Both the position numbers and the translations under genes were made by a program. Shown piece by piece: positions 46,507 through 56,344 of a stretch of 64,000 bases of DNA (position 1 is the stretch's first letter; every line of letters begins with the position of its first letter). This DNA comes from an uncultured Acidobacteriota bacterium (GTDB taxonomy: Bacteria > Actinomycetota > Acidimicrobiia > Acidimicrobiales > SHLQ01), in contig CAVTWS010000008.1 of NCBI GenBank assembly GCA_963738445.1, positions 51,764-115,763 on the forward strand, in the 5' to 3' direction. A model generated the notes under the pieces. The model made no database searches, was not told the origin of the DNA, and saw only the letters and a list, made by a program, of their open reading frames with translations.

Positions 46507-47487
46507 TCATGGTCGACAGATGCGGCGTGGGCGGGGTCGACCCATCGCGCGGTAACGCGCCAGGTCGGCGCCCACCGAGCGGGTGTGGGCGGTCACGTCC
46601 GTGAGCAGGTCGGCGACCGACTCGGCCGGGACGCCCTGGACCGACACCGTGACCGGCAGTCGGAAGCTCGACGACACGGCGTGGACGGGAATGGAGATCA
46701 TGCTGACCGCCGCCCGACCGGGTGCCGGGCGAGGGATGGGTTCGACGCGTATCGACAGCAGCTGGTCGAAGTCCGACGGACACACGTCGGCCTCGGCCGG
46801 CAAGGCATCGCGGGCGACCGCCCGAGCCATGGCCAGCAGCGACGCCAGGGGCACCGACCGGCCCGCCCGGGCGTACCAGGCGAGGAACACGCCGGCGGCC
46901 CCGGGGAGCGAGCGCTCCCACTCGGCTCGGAACTCCGGCGGCGCGAGCTCTCCGGAGGTCGACGCCGAGCCGATGGCCGTGACGAGCGCAGTCACCACGG
47001 CGTCGTGCAAGGGACCGACCTCGAGGGACGACAGGAGATCGAGCAGCCGACGCACGATGGCGACGTGTTGCCGTTCGTCGGGTCGGTGGCGCGAATCGAT
47101 GTAGAGCCATCGCTCGATGCCCGACAGCTGCAGCCGCACCGCCCAATCGGGGACGGACGGGGTGTCGGCGGCGGCGCCGGCCAGCCAGTCGATGTACCAC
47201 GCCCGTTGCTCGGGGGTGAGCGCCGAATAGGCCGGACCTCGCCCGTCCGCCTCGCCGTCGACGTCGAGCGCCCAGACACCGACGGACGCCGCTTCGGCGG
47301 CCGCTACGGGCAACGAGGGGTCGATGACCGAGGGCTCCTGGTCGCCTCCGGTGTCGTGGACGGCGGGGATGCCCGAACCCACGTACGCGAGGACCTCCAC
47401 CAGGGTCCGCCCCGCCACTTCGACGCGGCCCTCGGCACCGATCCAACGCGCCGGGCCGGGCCCCTCGTCCGTCGCCCACTGACTCAT
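46507..47487 (-). CDS. TerB N-terminal-domain (TerB-N) containing protein
   Basis: ARWIGAEGRVEVAGRTLVEVLAYVGSG...EPSVIDPSLPV...YSALTPEQRAWYIDWLAGAAADTP...SGIERWLYID matches my memory of the TerB_N consensus (WVP-GE-V-V-G--I-GG-VYVG ... EPSLIDPSLPV ... Y--LSPEQRAAYL-WLAGGR). GGAGGG lies upstream of the ATG. Confidence 0.6.
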   Translation of the reverse strand: MSQWATDEGPGPARWIGAEGRVEVAGRTLVEVLAYVGSGIPAVHDTGGDQEPSVIDPSLPVAAAEAASVGVWALDVDGEADGRGPAYSALTPEQRAWYIDWLAGAAADTPSVPDWAVRLQLSGIERWLYIDSRHRPDERQHVAIVRRLLDLLSSLEVGPLHDAVVTALVTAIGSASTSGELAPPEFRAEWERSLPGAAGVFLAWYARAGRSVPLASLLAMARAVARDALPAEADVCPSDFDQLLSIRVEPIPRPAPGRAAVSMISIPVHAVSSSFRLPVTVSVQGVPAESVADLLTDVTAHTRSVGADLARYRAMGRPRPRRICRP

Positions 47488-47679
47488 CTCGTCGTCGCCC
47501 TCCTGGATCGCCCTGGATCACACGGGAAGCGACATCGACCTATCGCTCCCGGGGCGCGTGTGTGACATCTCAACCCGCACCCACCACACAACGTAGTAAA
47601 GGAACGGCAAACTCTCCACAACACGTCGGAAAGCGTTGGCAAACAGCAAGCGGCGCCGAGGTGCCGGCCGTACGCAGGA

Positions 47680-49215
47680 TCAGTTGACCATCCGGTCCCG
47701 CCCGGTCCAATACGACTCGCGGAGCTTGAACTTCTGGAGCTTGCCGGTCGCCGTACGATCGAGCGCGTCCCGGAACTCGATCGACGTGGGGCACTTGAAG
47801 TGGGCGAGCTTCGATCGGCAGTGGGCGATCAGGTCGGCCTCGGTCGAACCGGCACCCGGGGCCAGGACCACGAGCGCCTTGACCGTCTCGCCCCACTTGT
47901 CGTGCGGCACGCCGATCACCGCGACCTCGAGCACCGAGGGATGGGAGAAGAGACAGTCCTCGACCTCGATCGACGACACGTTCTCGCCGCCGCTGATGAT
48001 GACGTCCTTCTTCCGATCGAGGATCGAGACGTAGTTCTCCTCGTCGATCAGGCCACCGTCGCCCGTGTGGAACCAGCCGCCGGCGAGGGCGTCAGCCGTC
48101 GCCTCGGGTTGGTTCCAGTAGCTCTTGAGGACCACGTTGCCGCGGGCGAGCAGCTCCCCCTCGTCGGTGACCGAGAGGCGGACGCCCAGGGCCGGGGCCC
48201 CGGCGCGGCTCAACCGCCGCGCCCGCTCGGCCGGGTCGAGGTGGTCCCACTCGCGCCGGCCCCGGTTCATCGTGAGCAGCGGCGCGGTCTCGGTCAGGCC
48301 GTAGATCTGGATGAACTCCCAGCCCAGGTCGGTCTCCACCCGCTCGATGGTGCGGGTCGGTGGCGGCGCGCCGGCGACGACGATGCGCACCCGGTCCCGT
48401 CCGGGGATCGGTCCGTCCCACTGCTCGGCCGCATCGAGCACGGAGGCCACGACGGCCGGGGCTCCACACATCAGCGTCACGCCGTGCGCCTCGACTCGCC
48501 GTAGGATCTCCGCCCCGTCGACCTTCCGCAACACCACCTGCGGCACCCCCATGCCGGCGAGGGCGTAGGGCATGCCCCATCCGTTGCAGTGGAACATCGG
48601 CAGCGTGTGGAGGTAGACGTCACGATCGCTGACGCCCGCCTGCCACCCGAACGTGGCGGCGTTGACCCACAGGTTGCGGTGGGTCATCTCGACGCCCTTG
48701 GGGCGGGCGGTCGTGCCGCTCGTGTAGTTGATCGTCGCCGTCGTGTCCTCGTCCGGCTCCCACGGACTCGGCTCCGCGTCGAAGCGGTACAGGATCGCGT
48801 CGGACTCGGCACCGATCACGAACCGGTGACGAGCGGTGACGTGGGCGAGCGCCTCATCGAGCTCGGGGTCGATCAGGAGCACGTCCGCACCGCAGTGCTC
48901 GACGATGTACTCCACTTCGTCGGCTTGGAGGCGGAAGTTGATCGGCACCGCGACCCGACCCCAGGCCGGTGCACCGTAGAGCACCGTGAGCAACCGGGCT
49001 GCGTTCTGGGAGACGACCGCCACCCGGCCACCTCGGGGCACGCCCAGAGCCTCCAGACCGCCCGACAGGGCCCGGCTTCGCTCATACAGGTGCCGGTAGG
49101 TGAGCCCGTCGAGCGGTGGAGCGGGCTGAACGGGCTCGTCGACGACACCTTCGCGCTCTCCGTACACGAGCGCCGCCCGCTCGATGTGATCGCAGACGGT
49201 GAGCGCGACCTTCAT
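47680..49215 (-). CDS. AMP-dependent acyl-CoA synthetase/ligase
   Basis: The start is at MKVALTVCDHIERAAL (CAT 49213-49215, GGAGG upstream). The AMP motif is INYTSGTTARPKGV. ...YGLTET..., GWFHTGDGG and SGGENVSS are present. The 778-aa ORF call is a spurious 5' extension. Confidence 0.9.
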   Translation of the reverse strand: MKVALTVCDHIERAALVYGEREGVVDEPVQPAPPLDGLTYRHLYERSRALSGGLEALGVPRGGRVAVVSQNAARLLTVLYGAPAWGRVAVPINFRLQADEVEYIVEHCGADVLLIDPELDEALAHVTARHRFVIGAESDAILYRFDAEPSPWEPDEDTTATINYTSGTTARPKGVEMTHRNLWVNAATFGWQAGVSDRDVYLHTLPMFHCNGWGMPYALAGMGVPQVVLRKVDGAEILRRVEAHGVTLMCGAPAVVASVLDAAEQWDGPIPGRDRVRIVVAGAPPPTRTIERVETDLGWEFIQIYGLTETAPLLTMNRGRREWDHLDPAERARRLSRAGAPALGVRLSVTDEGELLARGNVVLKSYWNQPEATADALAGGWFHTGDGGLIDEENYVSILDRKKDVIISGGENVSSIEVEDCLFSHPSVLEVAVIGVPHDKWGETVKALVVLAPGAGSTEADLIAHCRSKLAHFKCPTSIEFRDALDRTATGKLQKFKLRESYWTGRDRMVN

Positions 49216-49383
49216 GTTCGTCCTCCCCCGGAACCGCTCCGAAACAACGGCGCCTTCAGCCTTCCACGTCGCCCTGCGGGGCGCCTCACCCCGACCACGG
49301 CGCATTCGGTGGCCACTCACAGCGAACTCACGGTTTTCTCGCCGATACTTGGCGGAACCACGACAGACCAGGGACCCCCTCCG

Positions 49384-50304
49384 ATGACCTCCGAACCCCT
49401 CCCCCGCTCTGTGGCCCGCCCTCTGGCCCGGCGTCGTTTCCTGCTCGGTTCGGGTGCCGCGCTCCTGCTCGCCGCGTGCAGCGACGACGACACGACCTCG
49501 GACGGCACGAGCTCTACCACCGCTCCGTCGAGCGGGTCCCCGGCGACTGGTGATTCGGGCGCCACGACCGAGTCGACGACCACGACCGCGGTCAGCGCCG
49601 ACCCGCCGTCCGACACCGCCGGGTCCGACGCCAGGACCCTCACCGCCGCAGACTTCGACGGCCTCGCCACCTGCGTGTTGTTGCCCGAGCTCACCGCGGG
49701 GCCCTTTCCTCTCGACGAGCAGTTCGATCGCCGTGACATCACCGAGGGGTACCCCGGCCACCCGGTTCGCCTCGGTCTCCGCGTCGTCGATGCGGCGTGC
49801 GCTCCAGTGCCCGGCGCGGCAGTCGAGATCTGGCACTCCGATGCCACCGGCGACTACTCGGCCTTCACGGACAACGGGGGCGGCAAGGACGAGGGTTCGG
49901 GAACGACCTTCCTCCGCGGCACCCAGACCGCGAACGACGACGGCATCGTCGAGTTCCTGACGATCTACCCGGGCTGGTATCGGGGCCGGGCCGTCCACGT
50001 GCATCTCCGGGTCCACCTCGACGACGTCACGGTGTTGACGAGCCAGATGTTCTTCGACGAGGCCTACACGGCGTCGGTGTACGGGGCCGCGCCGTACGAC
50101 GAGTTCGGCCTGCCCGACACCAGCAATGCGCAGGACGGCATCGCCGGAGACCCCGCCGGTCAGGGCACGCTGCTGGTCACCACCGCGGCCGACACGTCCG
50201 CCGGGCCCGGCACCCTCGCCCTGCTGAACCTCGGCATCGACCCCGACGCCGTGTCCACCGGCGGCGCGGGAGGCCCCGGCGGCAACGGACCGGGAGGCGC
50301 GTGA
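49384..50304 (+). CDS. Secreted intradiol ring-cleavage dioxygenase-family protein (Tat signal and lipobox)
   Basis: The signal is MTSEPLPRSVARPLARRRFLLGSGAALLLAACS. The core has ...TAGPFPLDE..., VEIWHSDATGDYS and YPGWYRGRAVHVHLRVH. Confidence 0.75.
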   Translation: MTSEPLPRSVARPLARRRFLLGSGAALLLAACSDDDTTSDGTSSTTAPSSGSPATGDSGATTESTTTTAVSADPPSDTAGSDARTLTAADFDGLATCVLLPELTAGPFPLDEQFDRRDITEGYPGHPVRLGLRVVDAACAPVPGAAVEIWHSDATGDYSAFTDNGGGKDEGSGTTFLRGTQTANDDGIVEFLTIYPGWYRGRAVHVHLRVHLDDVTVLTSQMFFDEAYTASVYGAAPYDEFGLPDTSNAQDGIAGDPAGQGTLLVTTAADTSAGPGTLALLNLGIDPDAVSTGGAGGPGGNGPGGA

Positions 50305-50306
50305 TC

Positions 50307-50993
50307 ATGGGAAGCCCGCACCTGCTCGTCGTCGACGACGAGGACAACCTGCGCAGCATGCTGGTCGCGGCCCTGCGCCACAACGGCTTCGAGGTCAGTT
50401 CGGCGGCCACTGGCCGCGAAGGTTTGACGGCGGTGGGCGAGATGCAACCCGACCTCGTCGTCCTCGATGTCATGCTCCCCGATCTCGACGGGTTCGAGGT
50501 GTGCCGGCGGCTCCGTGCCGGAGGCGATCAGACCCCCATCCTGTTCCTCACCGCCCGGGACAGCACGGCGGACAAGGTGCTCGGTCTCACCACCGGCGGC
50601 GACGACTACCTCCACAAACCGTTCAGCCTCGAAGAGCTCGTGGCCCGGATCGGCGCCGTCCTGCGACGAACGGGCCACGCGCCCGAAGACGGCAACGTCA
50701 TGTCCTGCGAGGACCTCGTCATGGACGAGGACGCCCACCTCGTCACCCGGGCCGGCCAGGAGGTGGCGCTGTCACCCACCGAGTACAACCTCCTGCACTA
50801 CCTCCTGCTCAACAAGGGAAAGGTGGTCTCGAAGGCGCAGATCCTCGACCGCGTGTGGCAGTACGACTTCGGTGGCGACGGTGGCGTCGTCGAAACCTAC
50901 GTCGGATACCTCCGCCGCAAGATCGACACGGTCGAGCCCCGGCTCCTCCACACGGTGCGCGGCGTGGGCTACTCGCTGCGACCGCCGCGGTAG
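50307..50993 (+). CDS. OmpR/PhoB-family response regulator
   Basis: The receiver domain reads LLVVDDEDNLR...DLVVLDVMLPDLDG...KPF. The winged-helix domain reads LSPTEYNLLHYLLLNKGKVVSKAQILDRVW...VRGVGYSL. Confidence 0.9.
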   Translation: MGSPHLLVVDDEDNLRSMLVAALRHNGFEVSSAATGREGLTAVGEMQPDLVVLDVMLPDLDGFEVCRRLRAGGDQTPILFLTARDSTADKVLGLTTGGDDYLHKPFSLEELVARIGAVLRRTGHAPEDGNVMSCEDLVMDEDAHLVTRAGQEVALSPTEYNLLHYLLLNKGKVVSKAQILDRVWQYDFGGDGGVVETYVGYLRRKIDTVEPRLLHTVRGVGYSLRPPR

Positions 50994-51000
50994 GTCCCCG

Positions 51001-52461
51001 GTGTCGCTCAAGGCTCGTCTGCTGGCCGGCATCGGGGTCGTCCTCCTCGTCCTCGTGCTCGCTCTCGCCCTGATCTACCGGGGCGCCCGAGGCGGCCTGC
51101 TCGAGCAGGTCGACAACCGCCTGGCCGAGGCGAGCGACGAGGACCGCCGGGGCCCGTTCGGCAACGGCCCGCCGATCGAGTACTTCAGGGAAGATGGCAC
51201 GGCGTTCTTCGGGCCATTCGCGGGCAACGACGGTGACAGCCCCGGGGGCGCGCCGGAGCGATTCAGCGATCTGTACGAGGGCATCGTGCGGGCGCAGGAC
51301 GGCGCGGTCGTCACCCTCTACACCCCCAACAGCGGCGGCAACGACGCTGCGCTCCCCCACCTCGAGGTCGACGAGGTCGCCCACGCCGCCGCCACCGGCA
51401 CGCCCTACACGACCCACAGCGAGGGCAACGACGAGCGGTACCGCGTCGCGAGCAGTTCGTACGCCGACGGGTACTACGTCGTGTCGGCTCTGTCGCTCGC
51501 CGACATGGACGAGACGCTCGACCGCCTCCTGCTCGCCGAGGGGATCGGCGCCGCGGCCATCCTCGGCGTCCTGGCCCTGGTCGGTTGGTGGGTGATCCAC
51601 CTGGGCATCCGGCCGGTGGAGTCGATGACCCGCACCGCCACGGCGATCGCCGACGGCGATCTCTCGCATCGAGTCGACGGTGTGAGCGGAGCGACCGAGG
51701 CCGGACGGCTCGGCGCCGCCCTGAACCAGATGCTCGGGACGATCGAGGCGTCGTTCGCCGAACGGGACCAGTCCGAGGCCAAGCTGCGCCAGTTCGTCGC
51801 CGACGCCTCGCACGAGCTGCGCACGCCCATCACCACGATCCGCGGCTACGCCGAGCTCTACCGATCCGGTGGCCTCCGCGATCAGGACGAGCTCGACGAG
51901 GCGTTGCGCCGGACCCAGCAGGAGGCGGTGAGGATGTCCCGGCTGATCGACGACCTCCTGACCCTCGCCCGCCTCGATCAGCGCCGGCCCATGGATTCCC
52001 GCCCGGTCGACGTCAGCGTGCTGGTGCGAGACGCCGCCCGCGATGCCGGTGCAGTCGATCCCGCTCGGGTCGTCACCTCGACCGACGACGGCGAGGCGTG
52101 GGTGCTCGGCGACGACGACCGGCTCCGGCAGGTGCTGGCCAACGTCGTCGGCAATGCCCTCGTGCACACGCCGGCGACCGCGGCCGTCGACATCTCCGCC
52201 GCCCGCAACGGCTCGGCTGTGACCATCACCGTCCGCGACGAAGGACCGGGCATGACCGCCGAGCAGGCGGACCGGGCGACCGAGCGGTTCTTCCGCGTCG
52301 ACCCCGCCCGGTCCCGGCATCGGGGTGGGAGCGGCCTCGGCCTGGCCATCGCGGACACCACGGTGGCCGCCCACGGAGGGCGCCTCGACGTGACCAGCGC
52401 ACCCGGCGACGGCACCTCCATCATCATCACCCTGCCCCTCCTGCCCGCGCCTCCGACCTGA
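51001..52461 (+). CDS. Sensor histidine kinase (HAMP-HisKA-HATPase)
   Basis: GTG 51001. There are two TM segments and a HAMP domain. The H-box is ASHELRTPITTIRGYAELY. The G-boxes are RDEGPGM and GGSGLGLAI. Confidence 0.9.
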   Translation: MSLKARLLAGIGVVLLVLVLALALIYRGARGGLLEQVDNRLAEASDEDRRGPFGNGPPIEYFREDGTAFFGPFAGNDGDSPGGAPERFSDLYEGIVRAQDGAVVTLYTPNSGGNDAALPHLEVDEVAHAAATGTPYTTHSEGNDERYRVASSSYADGYYVVSALSLADMDETLDRLLLAEGIGAAAILGVLALVGWWVIHLGIRPVESMTRTATAIADGDLSHRVDGVSGATEAGRLGAALNQMLGTIEASFAERDQSEAKLRQFVADASHELRTPITTIRGYAELYRSGGLRDQDELDEALRRTQQEAVRMSRLIDDLLTLARLDQRRPMDSRPVDVSVLVRDAARDAGAVDPARVVTSTDDGEAWVLGDDDRLRQVLANVVGNALVHTPATAAVDISAARNGSAVTITVRDEGPGMTAEQADRATERFFRVDPARSRHRGGSGLGLAIADTTVAAHGGRLDVTSAPGDGTSIIITLPLLPAPPT

Positions 52462-52504
52462 TCCCGCCTACCCGGGCCCAGTCGTCGCGAGCCCGGGAGG
52501 TCCC

Positions 52505-53299
52505 TTATGGCAGGCCGGCGATCTGGTCGCGCAGGAACGCCTCGGGGTCCGAGGCCCGCCGCACCAGGATGTCGTGAACCTCCGGGTGGGTCAGGAGCAG
52601 GAACCGTCCCTCGTCGATGCCACCGACAACGATGTCCGCGACCTCGTCCGGGTCGAGCAGGCGCAGGGTCGGCGCCGCCATCGGAACCGGGTCCCCGTAG
52701 AAGCGCATCTGCTCGACGATGTTGGTCATCACCGGTCCCGGGCACAGGCACGACACGCCGACCCCGCGGGGCCGTCCGTACATGGCCAACGATTCGGCCA
52801 GGGCGATGACGGCCGCTTTGGTCGCGGTGTACGGGCTGCGATCCCACGAGTAGGGGTAGAGCGCGTTGGTCGACGCGGTGAACACCAGGTACCCGGACCC
52901 GCCCTCGATCATGGCGGGCAGGAAGGCGTGCTGGAGGCGGACCGCCGCCATCAGGTTGACCTCGATCAGGCGCTCCCAGGACTCGATCGGGATGTCCTCG
53001 GGGCGGCCACTGGCGAGCACCCCCACGTTGCTCATCACCAGTCCGATGTCGCCGAAGTGGCGGCGAGCGGTGTCGTGGAGGGCGACGATGTCGGCGGCGG
53101 TACCGACGTCGCAGACGCAACCGATCGCGTCGACGCCCAGCTCGATCGCCTCGGCGACCACCGATGCCACCCGGTCCGGATCGAGGTCGGCGATCACGAC
53201 CGGCGACCCGCGGCGGGCGAAGGCGAGGGCGCTCGACCGTCCGATCCCGCTGCCGGCGCCGGTCACCACGGCCGGGCGGGACCAGTCGTGGCCGCTCAC
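52505..53299 (-). CDS. SDR-family oxidoreductase
   Basis: GTG 53299 overlaps the upstream stop (GTGA). AVVTGAGSGIGRS, SNVGV and YTATKAA (YxxxK) are present. Confidence 0.8.
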   Translation of the reverse strand: MSGHDWSRPAVVTGAGSGIGRSSALAFARRGSPVVIADLDPDRVASVVAEAIELGVDAIGCVCDVGTAADIVALHDTARRHFGDIGLVMSNVGVLASGRPEDIPIESWERLIEVNLMAAVRLQHAFLPAMIEGGSGYLVFTASTNALYPYSWDRSPYTATKAAVIALAESLAMYGRPRGVGVSCLCPGPVMTNIVEQMRFYGDPVPMAAPTLRLLDPDEVADIVVGGIDEGRFLLLTHPEVHDILVRRASDPEAFLRDQIAGLP

Positions 53300-53763
53300 C
53301 GTGTCTCGCTCACTTGGTCGCCGCCGTCCTCGTAGTAGGGGAGGTAGAAGTAGTAGAGGCGCTCGCTGAAGAGCCAGCGGCCGTCGACCCGCCGGAAGCG
53401 GTCGTGGTAGTAGCCGTGGAACCCGGGTTGCTCGCCGCCGGTGACCGGTGAGTGCATGAGGCACGTCCCGCGGCCCTCGTCGCCGTCGATCACGATGATC
53501 TCGTTGGCGATGATGGGCACCACCTGCACCGGGGTCGGTGAGGTGAGGGCGCCGAGGGTCGTGCGGAACGACTCGCGTCCCTCGATCCGGGTGCGGTTGC
53601 CCGGGCCGCCGGGAGCCTCGAACACGGCGTCCTCGGTGAAGAGGTCCGCCACGGTGGCGAACTGGCTCCGCGCCGCCAGCCAGGCGTACCGGGCCCGCAG
53701 CTCGGAGATCTGGGCTCTCGCTTCCAGTTGCGCCACGCGTTCCTCGAGTGTCGACACGGCCAT
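53296..53763 (-). CDS. SnoaL-like / NTF2-fold protein
   Basis: LEERVAQLEARAQISELRARYAWLAARSQF...DLFTEDAVFE... and ...YHDRFRRVDGRWLFSER are typical SnoaL_4. Confidence 0.65.
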   Translation of the reverse strand: MAVSTLEERVAQLEARAQISELRARYAWLAARSQFATVADLFTEDAVFEAPGGPGNRTRIEGRESFRTTLGALTSPTPVQVVPIIANEIIVIDGDEGRGTCLMHSPVTGGEQPGFHGYYHDRFRRVDGRWLFSERLYYFYLPYYEDGGDQVSETR

Positions 53764-53840
53764 CCCCCTCTGTCCCCGCCATATCGGCGGAACGTGGGGA
53801 CAAGTGTCGCGCTCGGCGACGACGGGGCGAGAATGGATCC

Positions 53841-55460
53841 GTGACCCTGCCCGCTGAGACCCTGCCCGCTGAATCCCTGCTCGCCCCCGGATCGGTGGGA
53901 GCAGAAGCGGCGCGCCGGCGCACCTTCGCCATCATCAGCCACCCCGACGCCGGCAAGACGACCCTGACCGAGAAGTTCCTCCTCTACGCCGGCGCGATCG
54001 TCGAAGCGGGCGCGGTCCGGGCCCGCGCCGGGCGCCGGCAGGCAACTTCGGACTGGATGGCGATGGAGCAGCAGCGGGGCATCTCCATCACCTCCACCGT
54101 GCTGCAGTTCCCCTATCGGGGTCACATGATCAACCTGCTCGACACCCCCGGCCACCGCGACTTCAGCGAGGACACCTACCGGGTGCTCGCCGCTGCGGAC
54201 GCCGCCGTCATGGTCCTCGATGTCGCCAAAGGCGTCGAGACCCAGACCCGCAAGCTCTTCGAGGTGTGTCGGGCCCGCAATCTGCCCATCCTCACGTTCC
54301 TCAACAAGTGCGACCGCCCCGGTCGCGATCCGCTCGAGTTGCTCGACGAGATCGAGCAGCAGATCCAGTTGCGGCCCACCCCCGTCACCTGGCCGGTGGG
54401 TTCCCCCGGCGATTTCCGCGGCGTGATCGATCGCCGGTCGGGCCAGTTCGTCCGCTTCGCCCGCACCGCCCGTGGGTCCACCGAGGCTGGCGAGGAGCTC
54501 GTCGACCGTGAGCGGGCGGCCGTCGAGGAGGGCGACGCCTGGGTGCAGGCGATCAACGACATCGACCTGCTCGATGCCGTCGAGGCCGACTTCGACCGCG
54601 ACACGTTCCTGACGGGCGAGTCGAGCCCGGTGTTCGTGGGCTCGGCCCTCACCAACTTCGGCGTCCGCCACCTGCTCGACGCCGTCGTCGATCTGGCGCC
54701 GGCGCCCACCCCACGGGTCGACACCGAGGGGCGATCGCGCCCGCTCGACTCGCCGTTCTCGGCCTTCGTGTTCAAGATGCAGGCGAACATGGACCCGGCT
54801 CACCGGGACCACGTGGCGTTCCTGCGGGTGTGCTCAGGGCGGTTCGAGCGCGGTGAGGTCGTCACCCACGGGGGCACGGGCAAGCCCTTCGCCACCAAGT
54901 ACGCCACCACGGTCTTCGGCTCCGAGCGGGAAGCCCTCGACGTCGCCTATCCGGGCGACGTGATCGGCCTCGTCAACGCCAGCGACCTGCGCATCGGCGA
55001 CGCCCTCTACGCAGCCGACGAGGTCGCGTTCCCACCGATCCCCGCCTTCGCCCCCGAGCTGTTCATGAGCGCCCGCCCGGCCGACGTGTCCCGCTTCAAG
55101 CAGTTCCGAAAGGGTCTGCACCAGCTCGGCCAGGAAGGTGTCGTCCAGGTGCTCACCGAGCCCGACGGCGACCCCACCCCGATCCTCGGCGCGGTCGGCC
55201 AGATGCAGTTCGAGGTGTTCGCCCACCGGCTCGAGCACGAGTACGGCGCCGTGGTCCGGCTCGAGGCCACCGCCTTCAACGTGGCTCGCCGGACCGACGC
55301 GGAAACCGCCGCCGCCATGCGAGGTCTGCGCGGCGCCCGGGTCCTGGCCCGGGTCGACGGGGCGCTGCTCGCGCTGTTCGAGAGCCCGTGGTGGCTCGAG
55401 CGCGTCGTGGCCGATCACCCGGAGTGGACCCTGGAGCCCATCACCACCGGCCAGGTCTGA
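53841..55460 (+). CDS. prfC: Peptide chain release factor 3
   Basis: RRRTFAIISHPDAGKTTLTEKFLLYAG...DWMAMEQQRGISITS...LLDTPGHRDFSEDT...LNKCDR. GTG 53841 is the most upstream start and is followed by a 15-bp coding tandem repeat. Confidence 0.9.
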   Translation: MTLPAETLPAESLLAPGSVGAEAARRRTFAIISHPDAGKTTLTEKFLLYAGAIVEAGAVRARAGRRQATSDWMAMEQQRGISITSTVLQFPYRGHMINLLDTPGHRDFSEDTYRVLAAADAAVMVLDVAKGVETQTRKLFEVCRARNLPILTFLNKCDRPGRDPLELLDEIEQQIQLRPTPVTWPVGSPGDFRGVIDRRSGQFVRFARTARGSTEAGEELVDRERAAVEEGDAWVQAINDIDLLDAVEADFDRDTFLTGESSPVFVGSALTNFGVRHLLDAVVDLAPAPTPRVDTEGRSRPLDSPFSAFVFKMQANMDPAHRDHVAFLRVCSGRFERGEVVTHGGTGKPFATKYATTVFGSEREALDVAYPGDVIGLVNASDLRIGDALYAADEVAFPPIPAFAPELFMSARPADVSRFKQFRKGLHQLGQEGVVQVLTEPDGDPTPILGAVGQMQFEVFAHRLEHEYGAVVRLEATAFNVARRTDAETAAAMRGLRGARVLARVDGALLALFESPWWLERVVADHPEWTLEPITTGQV

Positions 55461-55522
55461 GCGGCGAGTTGTCGGCCGGCGCGAGCCGGAATGACGCCGG
55501 GCCGTTGATAGCGTCGTGCGCC

Positions 55523-56329
55523 GTGGGTACCGAGAAGCGTGAACGTCAAAAGACCAACCGCCAGGCGCGGCTGACCGCCGCCGCGGAAGCGGCTCAGAAG
55601 GCCAAGCAGCGCCAGCGTCTGACGATGTACGGCATCCTCGCCGCTGTGGTGGTCGGGGCGATCCTCCTCTTCGCCGTCGTCCTGAAGGACGACGATGACG
55701 ACAGCGATGTCGCCGCCGACACCACCACGACCGTCGCCGCCGACAGCACCACGACCGTCGCCGCCGGTGACACTCCCTGCCCGGCCGACGACGGTTCGGC
55801 CGAGCGTAGGACCAGCTTCGAGCAGGCGCCTCCGATGTGCATCGACCCGGCCGCCGCCTACACCGCGGTCGTCGTCACGTCGGCCGGTGAGTTCACCCTC
55901 GAGCTGGATGCCGCGGCGGCACCGCTGACCGTCAACAACTTCGTCACCCTGGCCCGCTACCACTATTACGACGGGGTCGCGTTCCACCGCATCATCCCCG
56001 GTTTCGTGGTCCAGGGCGGCGACGCCGTCGGCAACCCGCCCGGCACCGGCGGCCCCGGCTACCAGGTCGCCGATGAGCTCCCGACCGAAGGCCCGCCCTA
56101 CTACGAGGTCGGCTCGTTGGCTATGGCCAACTCCGGGCCCAACACCAACGGCAGCCAGTTCTTCGTCGTCACCGGCGAGCAGGGCGCGGCCCTGCCGAAC
56201 TCGTACTCGCGGTTCGGCACGGTGACCGAAGGCCTCGATGTCGTTCTGGCCATCGAGGCCACCGGCACCGAGTCCGGTACGCCGAGCGAGACCACGACCA
56301 TCGAGTCGGTCACCATCACCGAGAGCTGA
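55523..56329 (+). CDS. Membrane-anchored cyclophilin-type peptidyl-prolyl cis-trans isomerase
   Basis: A basic N-terminus is followed by a TM helix and an acidic/Thr-rich linker. The core has FHRIIPGFVVQGGD, MANSGPNTNGSQFF. Confidence 0.85.
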   Translation: MGTEKRERQKTNRQARLTAAAEAAQKAKQRQRLTMYGILAAVVVGAILLFAVVLKDDDDDSDVAADTTTTVAADSTTTVAAGDTPCPADDGSAERRTSFEQAPPMCIDPAAAYTAVVVTSAGEFTLELDAAAAPLTVNNFVTLARYHYYDGVAFHRIIPGFVVQGGDAVGNPPGTGGPGYQVADELPTEGPPYYEVGSLAMANSGPNTNGSQFFVVTGEQGAALPNSYSRFGTVTEGLDVVLAIEATGTESGTPSETTTIESVTITES

Positions 56330-56344
56330 TCGGACCGGTTCGTC

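Noticed and set aside
45423-47487. Calling the TerB-N/TerB-like pair a Shango defence system.
   Set aside because: Shango, as described, requires an ATPase and a helicase next to the TerB protein. Neither is present within several kilobases on either side.
47680-50016. A 778-aa version of the acyl-CoA synthetase ORF, and similar 5' extensions: 1811..3592, 11960..13426, 22813..24003, 43780..45546, 52505..53956 and 60056..61837.
   Set aside because: The extensions are low-complexity, run through neighbouring genes or repeats, and precede internal starts with good RBS and canonical N-termini. The shorter coordinates were used.
53844-53888. In-frame coding tandem repeats at the prfC N-terminus (15 bp, TLPAE TLPAE SLLAP) and in the cyclophilin linker (24 bp, 55709..55768, VAADTTTT VAADSTTT).
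   Set aside because: They lie in dispensable N-terminal or linker regions and are most simply low-complexity expansions. They are noted only as further examples of the tandem-duplication tendency of this genome.
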